A stretch of DNA of 40,880 nucleotides, from IMG/VR virus record IMGVR_UViG_2563366819_000005. One strand, given 5' to 3'. The DNA comes from a virus. Lineage: Duplodnaviria; Heunggongvirae; Uroviricota; Caudoviricetes. A program made the translations under genes and the position numbers. Positions 18,524 through 27,769 of this stretch are shown one piece after another. Each line of letters opens with the position of its first letter. The stretch's first letter is position 1. The notes beneath the pieces are model-generated. The model did not search any database and was not told the DNA's origin. It was given only the letters and a program-made list of their open reading frames with translations.

Positions 18524-18919
18524 GTGGGATTAAAGAAAATCGTTATGTTGACTTTTTGGGTCGGTTTTGTTGCGGGATGCACACCTTTACACCCTTCAGA
18601 TTGCCACAAAACTACTGCTACAGGTAGTTGCAGTTCAGGACGCTGGGATGATCAGGATGAATGGGGGGCGCAAGCGCGGGGAATCAGAGCTGCAATTAAT
18701 GCCAAACTTGATGAGCCGCATAACTGGAAAGGGAAAAAATGCAGGTTGCATATGGAATTCTCTCAGGATGGCACGGCGTTAAAAATATCTACCAGTAACG
18801 GTGATAAAGCCTATTGCGAAGCGATAAAGTCCGCAGCTCATAAAGCCAAATTTCCGGCCTTCAACAATCCGGAAGTCTACAGAGATTTTCAGAAATCTGG
18901 CTTTGACATGCGAGGTTAG
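18524..18919 (+). CDS. Putative lipoprotein moron 2 (131 aa), paralogue of 17945-18373
   Basis: Lipobox FVAGC. C-terminus KKCRLHMEFSQDG...NNPEVYRDFQKSGFDM aligns with ECTLRMHMAPNG...PSPEVYKVFQNGVLDF of the upstream gene. Confidence 0.6.
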   Translation: MGLKKIVMLTFWVGFVAGCTPLHPSDCHKTTATGSCSSGRWDDQDEWGAQARGIRAAINAKLDEPHNWKGKKCRLHMEFSQDGTALKISTSNGDKAYCEAIKSAAHKAKFPAFNNPEVYRDFQKSGFDMRG

Positions 18920-19170
18920 CTCTTCAATTACTATATCTCATTCATAGCAAACTGACAGATTTGATGATGTTCTATATACGAAACCTGTGATGTCAAGTCT
19001 GAGCTAATACAAATAAACATAATATCAGAGAAATACATTTTATTAGCTCGCTACGGCGAGCTTTTTATATTGCATCGTCTCCAGCATATATATCAATTAA
19101 GGCTCTGATTGATGTGTCTGAAAGCCTACACATAATAACTATGCCATCCGTTCCGTGCGGAGGTGAGGCT

Positions 19171-19386
19171 ATGAAATCCATGGACAAAATTTCAACAGGC
19201 ATTGCCTACGGCACCTCCGCAGGCAGTGCTGGCTACTGGTTTTTACAGTTGCTCGATAGAGTAACTCCGTCACAGTGGGCTGCAATCGGTGTGCTGGGTA
19301 GTCTGGTATTTGGCCTGCTGACGTACCTGACAAACCTTTATTTCAAGATTAAAGAAGATAAGCGCAAGGCTGCGAGAGGTGAATAA
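19171..19386 (+). CDS. S21-type pinholin (dual-start MKSMDK motif), 71 aa
   Basis: [71 protein letters not shown] resembles phage 21 S / DLP12 EssD as I recall them. Confidence 0.85.
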   Translation: MKSMDKISTGIAYGTSAGSAGYWFLQLLDRVTPSQWAAIGVLGSLVFGLLTYLTNLYFKIKEDKRKAARGE

Positions 19387-19883
19387 TGCCTCCATCATTA
19401 CGAAAAGTCGTTGCTGCTGCTATTGGTGGCGGAGCAATTGCTATAGCATCAGTGTTAATCACTGGCCCAAGTGGTAACGATGGTCTGGAAGGTGTCAGCT
19501 ACATACCATACAAAGATATTGTTGGTGTATGGACTGTATGTCACGGGCATACAGGAAAAGACATCATGCTCGGTAAAACGTATACCAAAGCAGAATGCAA
19601 AACACTCTTGAATAAAGACCTTGCCACGGTCGCCAGACAAATTAACCCGTACATCAAAGTCGATATACCGGAAACAACGCGCGGCGCTCTTTACTCATTC
19701 GTTTACAACGTGGGTGCTGGCAATTTCAGAACATCGACGCTTCTTCGCAAAATAAACCAGGGCGATATCAAAGGCGCATGTGATCAGCTACGTCGCTGGA
19801 CATATGCTGGCGGTAAGCAATGGAAAGGTCTCATGACTCGTCGTGAGATTGAGCGTGAAATCTGTTTGTGGGGTCAGCAATGA
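19386..19883 (+). CDS. SAR endolysin (R21-like lysozyme), 165 aa
   Basis: N-terminal Gly/Ala-rich signal-anchor-release segment [16 protein letters not shown] followed by a lysozyme domain. TAATG-coupled to the holin. Confidence 0.85.
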   Translation: MPPSLRKVVAAAIGGGAIAIASVLITGPSGNDGLEGVSYIPYKDIVGVWTVCHGHTGKDIMLGKTYTKAECKTLLNKDLATVARQINPYIKVDIPETTRGALYSFVYNVGAGNFRTSTLLRKINQGDIKGACDQLRRWTYAGGKQWKGLMTRREIEREICLWGQQ

Positions 19884-20344
19884 ACAGAGTAACCGCGATT
19901 ATCTCCGCTCTGGTTATCTGCATCGTCGTCTGCCTGTCATGGGGTGTTAATCATTACCGTGATAACGCCATCGCCTACAAAGAACAGCGCGACAAAAATG
20001 CCAGAGAACTGAAGCTGGCGAACGCGGCAATTACTGACATGCAGATGCGTCAGCGTGATGTTGCTGCGCTCGATGCAAAATACACGAAGGAGTTAGCTGA
20101 TGCGAAAGCTGAAAATGATGTTCTGCGTGATGATGTTGCCGCTGGTCGTCGTCGGTTGCACATCAAAGCAGTCTGTCAGTCAGTGCGTGAAGCCACCACC
20201 GCCTCCGGCGTGGATAATGCAGCCTCCCCCCGACTGGCAGACACCGCTGAACGGGATTATTTCACCCTCCGGGAACGACTGGTAATGATGCAGGCCCAAC
20301 TTGAAGGTGCTCAGCAATACATAACCGAGCAGTGTTTAAAGTAA
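19880..20344 (+). CDS. Rz-like i-spanin
   Basis: N-terminal transmembrane helix and coiled-coil periplasmic domain, immediately after the endolysin. Confidence 0.8.
   Translation: MNRVTAIISALVICIVVCLSWGVNHYRDNAIAYKEQRDKNARELKLANAAITDMQMRQRDVAALDAKYTKELADAKAENDVLRDDVAAGRRRLHIKAVCQSVREATTASGVDNAASPRLADTAERDYFTLRERLVMMQAQLEGAQQYITEQCLK
20100..20285 (+). CDS. Rz1-like o-spanin lipoprotein embedded in the +1 frame of Rz
   Basis: [23 protein letters not shown]... lipobox plus proline-rich mature region, entirely within the Rz gene. Confidence 0.8.
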   Translation: MRKLKMMFCVMMLPLVVVGCTSKQSVSQCVKPPPPPAWIMQPPPDWQTPLNGIISPSGNDW

Positions 20345-20481
20345 AATCTTAACTACAATATGATTCATTTTGATGATTGTTTCATAAGGAACAGTGAAGT
20401 AAGATCTAAGAGGAGTTAAATTTTATACAGTATAATCATAATATTGCAGCAAGGTGGTTATAATTGAAAGAATATTTAGAT

Positions 20482-21939
20482 ATGAATACATCTCATGTAA
20501 GAGTTGTTACTCATATGTGTGGGTTCCTGGTTTGGCTCTATAGTCTTTCAATGTTGCCACCAATGGTTGTAGCATTGTTTTATAAAGAAAAAAGCCTGTT
20601 CGTTTTCTTTATAACTTTCGTTATATTTTTTTGCATTGGTGGCGGAGCGTGGTATACAACTAAGAAATCTGGCATTCAATTACGTACCCGTGATGGGTTT
20701 ATTATAATTGTAATGTTTTGGATTTTGTTTTCTGTTATTAGTGCATTCCCTTTATGGATTGACTCAGAACTTAATTTAACGTTCATTGATGCTCTGTTTG
20801 AAGGGGTTTCTGGAATAACAACAACAGGAGCAACTGTAATTGATGATGTTAGTTCATTACCTCGGGCATATTTGTACTATCGGTCACAGTTAAATTTTAT
20901 AGGTGGTTTAGGAGTTATTGTTCTGGCGGTTGCTGTATTGCCATTATTGGGTATTGGTGGTGCAAAGCTTTATCAGTCAGAAATGCCGGGGCCATTTAAG
21001 GATGACAAACTCACTCCCCGCCTGGCCGATACGTCACGGACACTGTGGATAACTTATTCTTTATTAGGTATTGCTTGTATTGTCTGTTATAGACTTGCAG
21101 GAATGCCTTTGTTTGATGCTATTTGTCACGGGATTTCCACAGTTTCGCTTGGTGGTTTCTCAACTCATAGCGAGAGTATCGGATATTTTAATAACTATTT
21201 GGTTGAGCTGGTGGCTGGTTCTTTTTCCCTGCTATCGGCTTTCAACTTCACTCTTTGGTATATTGTTATTAGCAGGAAAACGATAAAACCTTTAATCAGA
21301 GATATTGAACTTCGTTTCTTTCTGTTAATAGCCTTAGGGGTGATCATTGTTACCTCTTTCCAGGTCTGGCATATAGGTATGTATGACTTGCATGGAAGTT
21401 TTATTCATTCGTTTTTTCTTGCCAGCTCCATGCTCACTGATAATGGTTTAGCTACGCAGGATTATGCAAGTTGGCCCACGCACACGATAGTGTTTTTGCT
21501 GTTGTCAAGTTTCTTTGGGGGATGTATAGGTTCAACTTGTGGTGGAATTAAGTCACTTCGATTTCTTATACTTTTAAAACAAAGCAAACACGAGATAAAT
21601 CAGCTTTCTCATCCCAGAGCGTTGTTGAGTGTAAATGTAGGAGGGAAGATAGTTACAGATCGTGTAATGAGGTCTGTATGGAGTTTCTTTTTTCTTTATA
21701 CTCTCTTCACGGTGTTTTTTATACTGGTGTTAAATGGTATGGGATATGATTTTCTTACATCATTTGCAACAGTGGCTGCATGTATTAATAATATGGGATT
21801 AGGTTTTGGGGCTACTGCATCGTCATTCGGAGTGCTTAATGACATTGCAAAATGTTTAATGTGCATAGCTATGATTCTTGGTCGCCTTGAAATTTATCCT
21901 GTTATTATATTGTTTTCAGGTTTTTTTTGGCGCTCCTAA
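20482..21939 (+). CDS. trkG: TrkG potassium uptake protein (485 aa), prophage moron
   Basis: Multi-pass membrane protein beginning MNTSHVRVVTHMCGFLVWLYSLSMLPP. AT-rich, and immediately after the lysis genes as in Rac. Confidence 0.9.
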   Translation: MNTSHVRVVTHMCGFLVWLYSLSMLPPMVVALFYKEKSLFVFFITFVIFFCIGGGAWYTTKKSGIQLRTRDGFIIIVMFWILFSVISAFPLWIDSELNLTFIDALFEGVSGITTTGATVIDDVSSLPRAYLYYRSQLNFIGGLGVIVLAVAVLPLLGIGGAKLYQSEMPGPFKDDKLTPRLADTSRTLWITYSLLGIACIVCYRLAGMPLFDAICHGISTVSLGGFSTHSESIGYFNNYLVELVAGSFSLLSAFNFTLWYIVISRKTIKPLIRDIELRFFLLIALGVIIVTSFQVWHIGMYDLHGSFIHSFFLASSMLTDNGLATQDYASWPTHTIVFLLLSSFFGGCIGSTCGGIKSLRFLILLKQSKHEINQLSHPRALLSVNVGGKIVTDRVMRSVWSFFFLYTLFTVFFILVLNGMGYDFLTSFATVAACINNMGLGFGATASSFGVLNDIAKCLMCIAMILGRLEIYPVIILFSGFFWRS

Positions 21940-22025
21940 TATATGGCTGATTTATAATTGTGAGTTTAATATTATGTTGACTCACTCATTGATCCAATAC
22001 CTAACTTTACCAGCAACCCCTCCGT

Positions 22026-22058
22026 CCCCAGTAGCACTGGCTGCTGGGGTGCGTTTTA
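22026..22058 (+). terminator. Candidate intrinsic terminator downstream of trkG (CCCCAGTAGC-ACTG-GCTGCTGGGG, then T-rich)
   Basis: 10-bp stem with one G-U pair, followed by TGCGTTTTATT. Confidence 0.35.
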
Positions 22059-22076
22059 TTCATAAAGCAAGGCTGT

Positions 22077-22868
22077 ATGAGCGAGAAATTAAAGATAGTC
22101 TATCGCCCATTACAAGAATTGTCACCGTATGCGCACAACGCCAGGACGCACAGCCCTGAGCAGGTGGCACAACTGGTAGAAAGTATTAAGCAATTCGGCT
22201 GGACTAATCCGGTGCTGATTGACGAAAAGGGCGAAATTATTGCGGGTCACGGTCGTGTTATGGCGGCTGAAATGCTCAAAATGGATTCTGTTCCGGTCAT
22301 TGTTCTGTCTGGCCTGACGGATGAGCAGAAAAAGGCGTACCGCCTGGCAGATAATCGCCTGCCGATGAATGCTGGCTGGGATGAAGATCTGTTGCGGATG
22401 GAGCTGTCGGACCTAATCAATGCTGATTTTGATGTCTCCCTGACAGGCTTCATCCCGACAGAAATTGATGAACTGTTGACGGATGTTTTGCCCGGTACAG
22501 GAAATGAGGAGGAGCCGTATACGACGAAAATTGATACGCCTGTTTATGAGCCGTCGGGCGGTAAACCGGATATCAGTGAACTGTACGACGATACGAAAAC
22601 TCAGGAGCTGATCAGCCGGATACGTTCGGCGTCCCTTGAGCCTGATATTGAGAAATTCCTCCTGTGTGCGGCAGAACGTCACACGGTGTTTAATTTCAGC
22701 AGAATTGCGGACTATTACGCTCACGCCCCCTCTGAAATTCAGTGTTTTTTCGAGGAGTCGGCGCTGGTGATCATTGATTATCAGCAGGCTATTGAAAATG
22801 GATTTGTCCGGATGACGCAGCGCATGGTGGAGATCATGCATGGTGGTGAGGAGGAGGAATATGCGTGA
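22077..22868 (+). CDS. ParB N-terminal-domain (ParB/Srx-like) nuclease-domain protein, 263 aa
   Basis: Motif VLIDEKGEIIAGHGRVMAA matches the ParB/Srx signature (IAG-[EH]-[RG]-R). Located upstream of the packaging genes. Confidence 0.7.
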   Translation: MSEKLKIVYRPLQELSPYAHNARTHSPEQVAQLVESIKQFGWTNPVLIDEKGEIIAGHGRVMAAEMLKMDSVPVIVLSGLTDEQKKAYRLADNRLPMNAGWDEDLLRMELSDLINADFDVSLTGFIPTEIDELLTDVLPGTGNEEEPYTTKIDTPVYEPSGGKPDISELYDDTKTQELISRIRSASLEPDIEKFLLCAAERHTVFNFSRIADYYAHAPSEIQCFFEESALVIIDYQQAIENGFVRMTQRMVEIMHGGEEEEYA

Positions 22869-23793
22869 TGATTTTTGCGCCTTTATTCTGACTCACGGGC
22901 GACCGGACAAAGTTCTGACTTACCGGACGTTGCGTCGTGCTGGCTATACCGGGAAAATTTTTATCGTTGTTGATGATGAAGATAAGACACGGAATCAGTA
23001 CATGGCTGAATTTGGTGAACAGGTGCTGGTGTTTTCCAAAGCCGATATCGCCAGTCGTTTTGACGAAGCCGATAATTTCTGTGACCGCCGCTCAATTTTT
23101 TACGCCCGTAATGCCTGTTTCGACCTGGCAAAACTGGTCGGGTGTAAATACTTCATTCAGCTCGATGATGATTATCACGAGTTCCAGTTTCGGGTGGATC
23201 GCAACTATGACCAGGCCTATTTTCCGATAAGGAAACTGGATGCGATCCTTTCTGAAATGCTGGCGTACTACGAATCAATACCTGCTCTTTCCATCGCTAT
23301 GTCGCAGGGCGGGGATTTTCTTGGTGACAATGGCGGCCATGCTTCGTGGGTGAAACGCAAGGCAATGAACAGCTTTATCTGTTCGGTTGATCGACCGTTC
23401 TCATTCATGGGGCGCATTAACGAGGATGTGAATACGTACACGAATCTCGGTCGCTGTGGTGAATTGTTTATGACGATCGGTGCTGTCCAGTTAGGGCAGA
23501 AACAGACGCAGAAAAACAGCGGCGGAATGACCGAGCTGTATCTGGATTCCGGAACCTACGTTAAAAGTTTTTACTCCGTCATGTATGCGCCGTCGTGCGT
23601 AAAAATCTCACTGATGGGTGCCAGCCATAAACGCATTCACCATCAGGTCACCTGGAACAACGCTGCAGTAAAAATCCTTCACGAAAAATACAGGAAGAAG
23701 ACACCCTGCATATCAATGGGGGTGACAAATGATTCCGTATTCGAAAGTCGAGTCTCTGGCAGCGTGCCGGATGACTGCACAACAAATCGCTGA
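22861..23793 (+). CDS. Hypothetical protein with a DxD-type motif (FIQLDDDYHEF); possible GT-A-like transferase
   Basis: GGAGGAGG SD before the ATG at 22861. Overlaps the ParB-like gene by 8 nt. Function not recognised. Confidence 0.45.
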   Translation: MRDDFCAFILTHGRPDKVLTYRTLRRAGYTGKIFIVVDDEDKTRNQYMAEFGEQVLVFSKADIASRFDEADNFCDRRSIFYARNACFDLAKLVGCKYFIQLDDDYHEFQFRVDRNYDQAYFPIRKLDAILSEMLAYYESIPALSIAMSQGGDFLGDNGGHASWVKRKAMNSFICSVDRPFSFMGRINEDVNTYTNLGRCGELFMTIGAVQLGQKQTQKNSGGMTELYLDSGTYVKSFYSVMYAPSCVKISLMGASHKRIHHQVTWNNAAVKILHEKYRKKTPCISMGVTNDSVFESRVSGSVPDDCTTNR

Positions 23794-23980
23794 CGTTCTG
23801 GATGTTGATCTGAACCGACTGAAAGAAAATCGGGAAGCAATGACAGATTTTTATGCGGCCATCCGTAAGGGCAGAGCGAAAGGTGAAGCCGAGTTACGAG
23901 CGGCATTGTTTAAGCTTGCCAGAAAAGGGGATGCCTTTGCTCTGCGCGAACTACTCAGGGTGGATAAAAATCAGGACTAA
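23729..23980 (+). CDS. Small HTH-like protein upstream of terminase (83 aa)
   Basis: GGGGTG SD 5 nt before the ATG at 23729. Helix-rich; MTAQQIADVLDVDLNRL resembles an HTH. Confidence 0.4.
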   Translation: MIPYSKVESLAACRMTAQQIADVLDVDLNRLKENREAMTDFYAAIRKGRAKGEAELRAALFKLARKGDAFALRELLRVDKNQD

Positions 23981-23983
23981 CTG

Positions 23984-25078
23984 ATGAGCAGACCGGACTG
24001 GGGGGCGTTGCAGCAGGAGTATATTGCTGAATACACCCGCTCCGGTATATCTCCGGTGGCATGGTGTGAAGCAAGGGGACTGAATTACGCAACAGCCCGT
24101 CGTTACATCAAAAAAACTCCGAAAAATGCGCAGACAGAAATGTGCAAAACTGCGCAAAAAAGTGCGCAGAAAAAATCTGCGCAGACTGCACAAAAGCGGA
24201 ACGAAAAATCTCAGGAAAAAAAGCCAGTATTCGATGCGGGCCTGAATGAGGGCGACGCGGAGGAATTTTCGTTCTGTCCCGATGAATTCGGCATTTCTGA
24301 CCAGCAGGCTAAGTTTGCGATGCTTGTTGCTCAGGGTAAAAAGCCGACAGAGGCGTACCGACTAGCCGGTTATGAGGGGCAAGGTGCGACAGCTAACAGC
24401 AACGCCAGTCGTATGCTTAGAAATGCCAGGGTTTTTCGCGCTATCAGCTACTTCCGCAATCAGTACCAGAAACGCTATACCGCAGACCTGGATTTACTAG
24501 TGAGTCAGTTGATGGCTATTGTCCTGGCCGACCCCAATCAGCTTGCACAATTTCGCCGTGTTAACTGCCGTTATTGCTGGGGCGAGAATCATCTCTACCA
24601 GTGGCGCGATATAGCAGAATTCGACAAGGCAGCGGCGCAGGCTTCCAGAGATGGCAAACCCGAACCGGAATATGGAGGCCTCGGCTTTGTTGATAACGCC
24701 ATACCCAATCCGGACTGCCCGAAGTGCTGCGGTGAGGGAACGGGACAGCTTTATATGGCTGATACCACTCTGCTTGATGGGGATGCGCGGCAATTATATG
24801 CAGGGGCAAAATTCGGAAAATTCGGCGTTGAGATCCTGCTGGAGGATAAGGCTGCCGCCCGGCGTGAATTGTTGCGTTTGTTTTCTGCTGGCGGGGCTTT
24901 ATGTGCAGATAAACGGCTACAGGAACTGGAAATTGAACGGCGCAGAATGGAAAACCAGAAGCTGCGCAAAGAGATCGAAACGGTGGAAGATAATGAACAT
25001 CCCCAGCCTGTGGCGATCAATATTAATGTGGTTGATGCCAGAGTAAGGAGTGATGAAGATGATCTCTCCGACGCTTAA
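23984..25078 (+). CDS. Terminase small subunit (364 aa)
   Basis: Central segment AKFAMLVAQGKKPTEAYRLAGY...NASRMLRNARV is typical of TerS proteins. Cys-rich C-terminal region. Immediately upstream of TerL. Confidence 0.7.
   Translation: MSRPDWGALQQEYIAEYTRSGISPVAWCEARGLNYATARRYIKKTPKNAQTEMCKTAQKSAQKKSAQTAQKRNEKSQEKKPVFDAGLNEGDAEEFSFCPDEFGISDQQAKFAMLVAQGKKPTEAYRLAGYEGQGATANSNASRMLRNARVFRAISYFRNQYQKRYTADLDLLVSQLMAIVLADPNQLAQFRRVNCRYCWGENHLYQWRDIAEFDKAAAQASRDGKPEPEYGGLGFVDNAIPNPDCPKCCGEGTGQLYMADTTLLDGDARQLYAGAKFGKFGVEILLEDKAAARRELLRLFSAGGALCADKRLQELEIERRRMENQKLRKEIETVEDNEHPQPVAININVVDARVRSDEDDLSDA
24124..24197 (+). repeat. Six TG(C/T)GCA-centred direct repeats at 9-15 bp spacing inside terS; candidate pac/TerS recognition site
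   Basis: aaaTGCGCAgac, aaaTGTGCAaaac, aacTGCGCAaaaa, aagTGCGCAgaaa, atcTGCGCAgact, gacTGCACAaaag. Encodes the repetitive peptide AQKSAQKKSAQTAQK. Confidence 0.35.
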
Positions 25079-26360
25079 TGTGCCTCAGGCGCGATTTCTT
25101 TCAATGCCCCATAAATTTAAAGCCTATATTGCTGGTTTTGGCTCGGGCAAAACATGGGTTGGGTGTGGCGGCATATGCAAGGGGATTTGGGAGCATCCAG
25201 GTATAAATCAGGGATATTTTGCGCCAACGTATCCCCAAATTCGCGATATTTTTTACCCTACAGTGGAAGAAGTTGCTGCTGACTGGGGATTGAACGTAAA
25301 AATTAATGAGGGAAATAAAGAGGTTCACTTTTATTACGGACGCCAGTATCGGGGAACCACTATCTGCAGATCGATGGAGAAGCCACAAACGATCGTCGGT
25401 TTCAAAATTGGTAATGCGTTGGTGGATGAACTGGACATTTTGCCGAAGGAAAAAGCCAGAACGGCGTGGCGCAAGATAATTGCACGTATGCGTTATAAGA
25501 TTGATGGACTTCGCAACGGTATTGACGTTACAACCACGCCGGAAGGATTCAAATTTGTCTACGAGCAGTTTGTTAAAGCCGTGCGTGAAAAAACAGAGCT
25601 GGCCTCACTGTATGGTCTGGTGCAGGCATCTACTTTCGATAATGAAAAGAACCTGCCAGCAGATTACATTCCTTCGCTTCTTGAATCATACCCTCCAGAG
25701 CTGATTAAAGCCTATCTTCGAGGACAGTTTACTAACCTGACAAGTGGTACTGTTTACCATCAGTTTGACCGGAAACTGAATAATTGCGAAGAAGTGGAGC
25801 AGCCAGGGGAGCCGATTTATATTGGGATGGATTTTAACGTTGGAAAGATGGCGGGAATCGTCCATGTGCTGCGTTTGGGGCTTCCATGTGCGGTAACTGA
25901 AATCATCAATGCCTACGATACGCCGGATATGATCCGCATCATTAAAGAACGCTTCTGGCTGTATGATGGGAATGATTACCGGAAAGTGAGGGAAATTTAT
26001 ATTTATCCAGATGCTTCCGGGGATTCCAGAAAATCAAGTAACGCAAGTACGACGGATATAGCCCAGCTTAAGCAGGCTGGATTTAACGTTGTGGTGAACA
26101 GCTCGAACCCGCCAGTAAAAGATCGCGTTAACTCAATGAATGCAATGTTCTGCAATGCCAATGGTGAGCGTCGCTATAAAGTTAATGTGAAGCGTTGCCC
26201 GTTATATGCCGAATCTCTGGAGCAACAGGTCTGGGATGAGAAGGGGGAGCCTGATAAAAAATCTGGCAATGATCACCCGAATGATGCCGGAGGTTATTTC
26301 ATCGTTAAGCAATTCCCTATTGTCAAACCGACCGGAAGAGTCACATCACTTCGGATTTAA
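25053..26360 (+). CDS. Terminase large subunit (ATPase plus nuclease)
   Basis: Walker A YIAGFGSGKT near the N-terminus. AAGGAG SD upstream. Size and position follow TerS. Confidence 0.85.
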   Translation: MKMISPTLNVPQARFLSMPHKFKAYIAGFGSGKTWVGCGGICKGIWEHPGINQGYFAPTYPQIRDIFYPTVEEVAADWGLNVKINEGNKEVHFYYGRQYRGTTICRSMEKPQTIVGFKIGNALVDELDILPKEKARTAWRKIIARMRYKIDGLRNGIDVTTTPEGFKFVYEQFVKAVREKTELASLYGLVQASTFDNEKNLPADYIPSLLESYPPELIKAYLRGQFTNLTSGTVYHQFDRKLNNCEEVEQPGEPIYIGMDFNVGKMAGIVHVLRLGLPCAVTEIINAYDTPDMIRIIKERFWLYDGNDYRKVREIYIYPDASGDSRKSSNASTTDIAQLKQAGFNVVVNSSNPPVKDRVNSMNAMFCNANGERRYKVNVKRCPLYAESLEQQVWDEKGEPDKKSGNDHPNDAGGYFIVKQFPIVKPTGRVTSLRI

Positions 26361-26362
26361 TT

Positions 26363-27769
26363 ATGGCTGATATATCAACACCCAACCTCGACTATAACGA
26401 TATGCTGGAGGCGTGGGATATTAACGACGCACTGATGGGCGGTACGCTTGAAATGCGCAGGCAGGGGGAAAATTATCTCCCAAAATGGCCTAACGAAGAT
26501 GAAGACGCTTATAAAAAACGCCTGTCTGTGGCTACGCTACTTCCTGTGTATGAAGAAAGCATCAAGCAAAATATTGGGCGCATATTTGCAGAGCCGACAG
26601 TATTGAGTGAGGAAACGCCGGCAAAAATCAGGGAATATGCAGAAAATATCGACATGGAGGGGAGCCGACTGGATGTGTGGGCGCAGCAATTTTTCAGCCT
26701 CGCATTTCAGTATGGTGTGGCACATGCGCTGGTGGACTATCCACGAACGGATATGAAAGAGATTCGGACAAAAGCCGATGAAAACGCGACCGGTGGTCGT
26801 CCGTACGTTACGATGCTGAATCCACGCCAGGTTATTGGATGGAAATCGAAAGTTGAAAAAGGGAAAGTTGTTCTCACTGATTTGCGTATAAAAGAGGTCA
26901 TCATTATTGATGGTGATGATTTCGGGCAGAAGAAGGTGGAGCAGATCCGCCATATTATGCCCCGTCGAGTTGAAATTTATCGACGTAGCGAAGGCACTAA
27001 TGGCGAATCTGTCTGGACGCTTCATGAGTCATGGAATACCAGCCGTGATGATATTCCTCTGGTAACACTGTACACGAAGAAAACAGGATTTATGCGTGGT
27101 ACACCGCCATTGCTTAATCTTGGCTTGCTGAATATCAAGCACTGGCAAAGCCAGAGCGAGCAGGACAATATTCTTCATGTTGCCCGCGTTCCATTGCTGG
27201 TGGCCTACGGGCTGGACAGGAATGAAGAACTGACGGTTGGTGCATCCACCGCTACGATTTTTGAGGACAGAACAAAAAATGGCCTCGAATATGTTGAACA
27301 TAGTGGCGCAGCGATAGAATCTGGCGAAACATCACTTGAGAAGCTGGAAAATCAGATGCGTCATGCCGGCGCTAAACTTCTGCGTGCTGAAAATACATCC
27401 ACCAAATCTGTTGATCAGACTAATGAAGAGCGAATGCAGGAAAACTCGCCGCTTTATACAATGGCGAACTCCCTCGAAGATGCCCTCGATAATATTCTAC
27501 AGATAATGGCGGAATGGATCGGAGAGAGTTGCGGTGGCAATGTGGATGTGCGCACTGAACTGGATGTATCTGCCCAGGTGTTTGACTCATCCTCCGCGCT
27601 GGCTGTTCAGTCATTGCGTCAGGGCGGTGATATACGTCAGATTGATGCGGTTCGGGTGTTGCAGGCGTTGAAATTTATCGATCAGGATTCCCGTCCAGAG
27701 GAAGTGATCGATGAATTAAAAAATCAGAGTGTAATGCTGATGGAAATCAATGATGCAAACCGTGAATGA
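26363..27769 (+). CDS. Portal protein (468 aa)
   Basis: Position immediately after TerL and size. Assignment by synteny. Confidence 0.6.
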   Translation: MADISTPNLDYNDMLEAWDINDALMGGTLEMRRQGENYLPKWPNEDEDAYKKRLSVATLLPVYEESIKQNIGRIFAEPTVLSEETPAKIREYAENIDMEGSRLDVWAQQFFSLAFQYGVAHALVDYPRTDMKEIRTKADENATGGRPYVTMLNPRQVIGWKSKVEKGKVVLTDLRIKEVIIIDGDDFGQKKVEQIRHIMPRRVEIYRRSEGTNGESVWTLHESWNTSRDDIPLVTLYTKKTGFMRGTPPLLNLGLLNIKHWQSQSEQDNILHVARVPLLVAYGLDRNEELTVGASTATIFEDRTKNGLEYVEHSGAAIESGETSLEKLENQMRHAGAKLLRAENTSTKSVDQTNEERMQENSPLYTMANSLEDALDNILQIMAEWIGESCGGNVDVRTELDVSAQVFDSSSALAVQSLRQGGDIRQIDAVRVLQALKFIDQDSRPEEVIDELKNQSVMLMEINDANRE

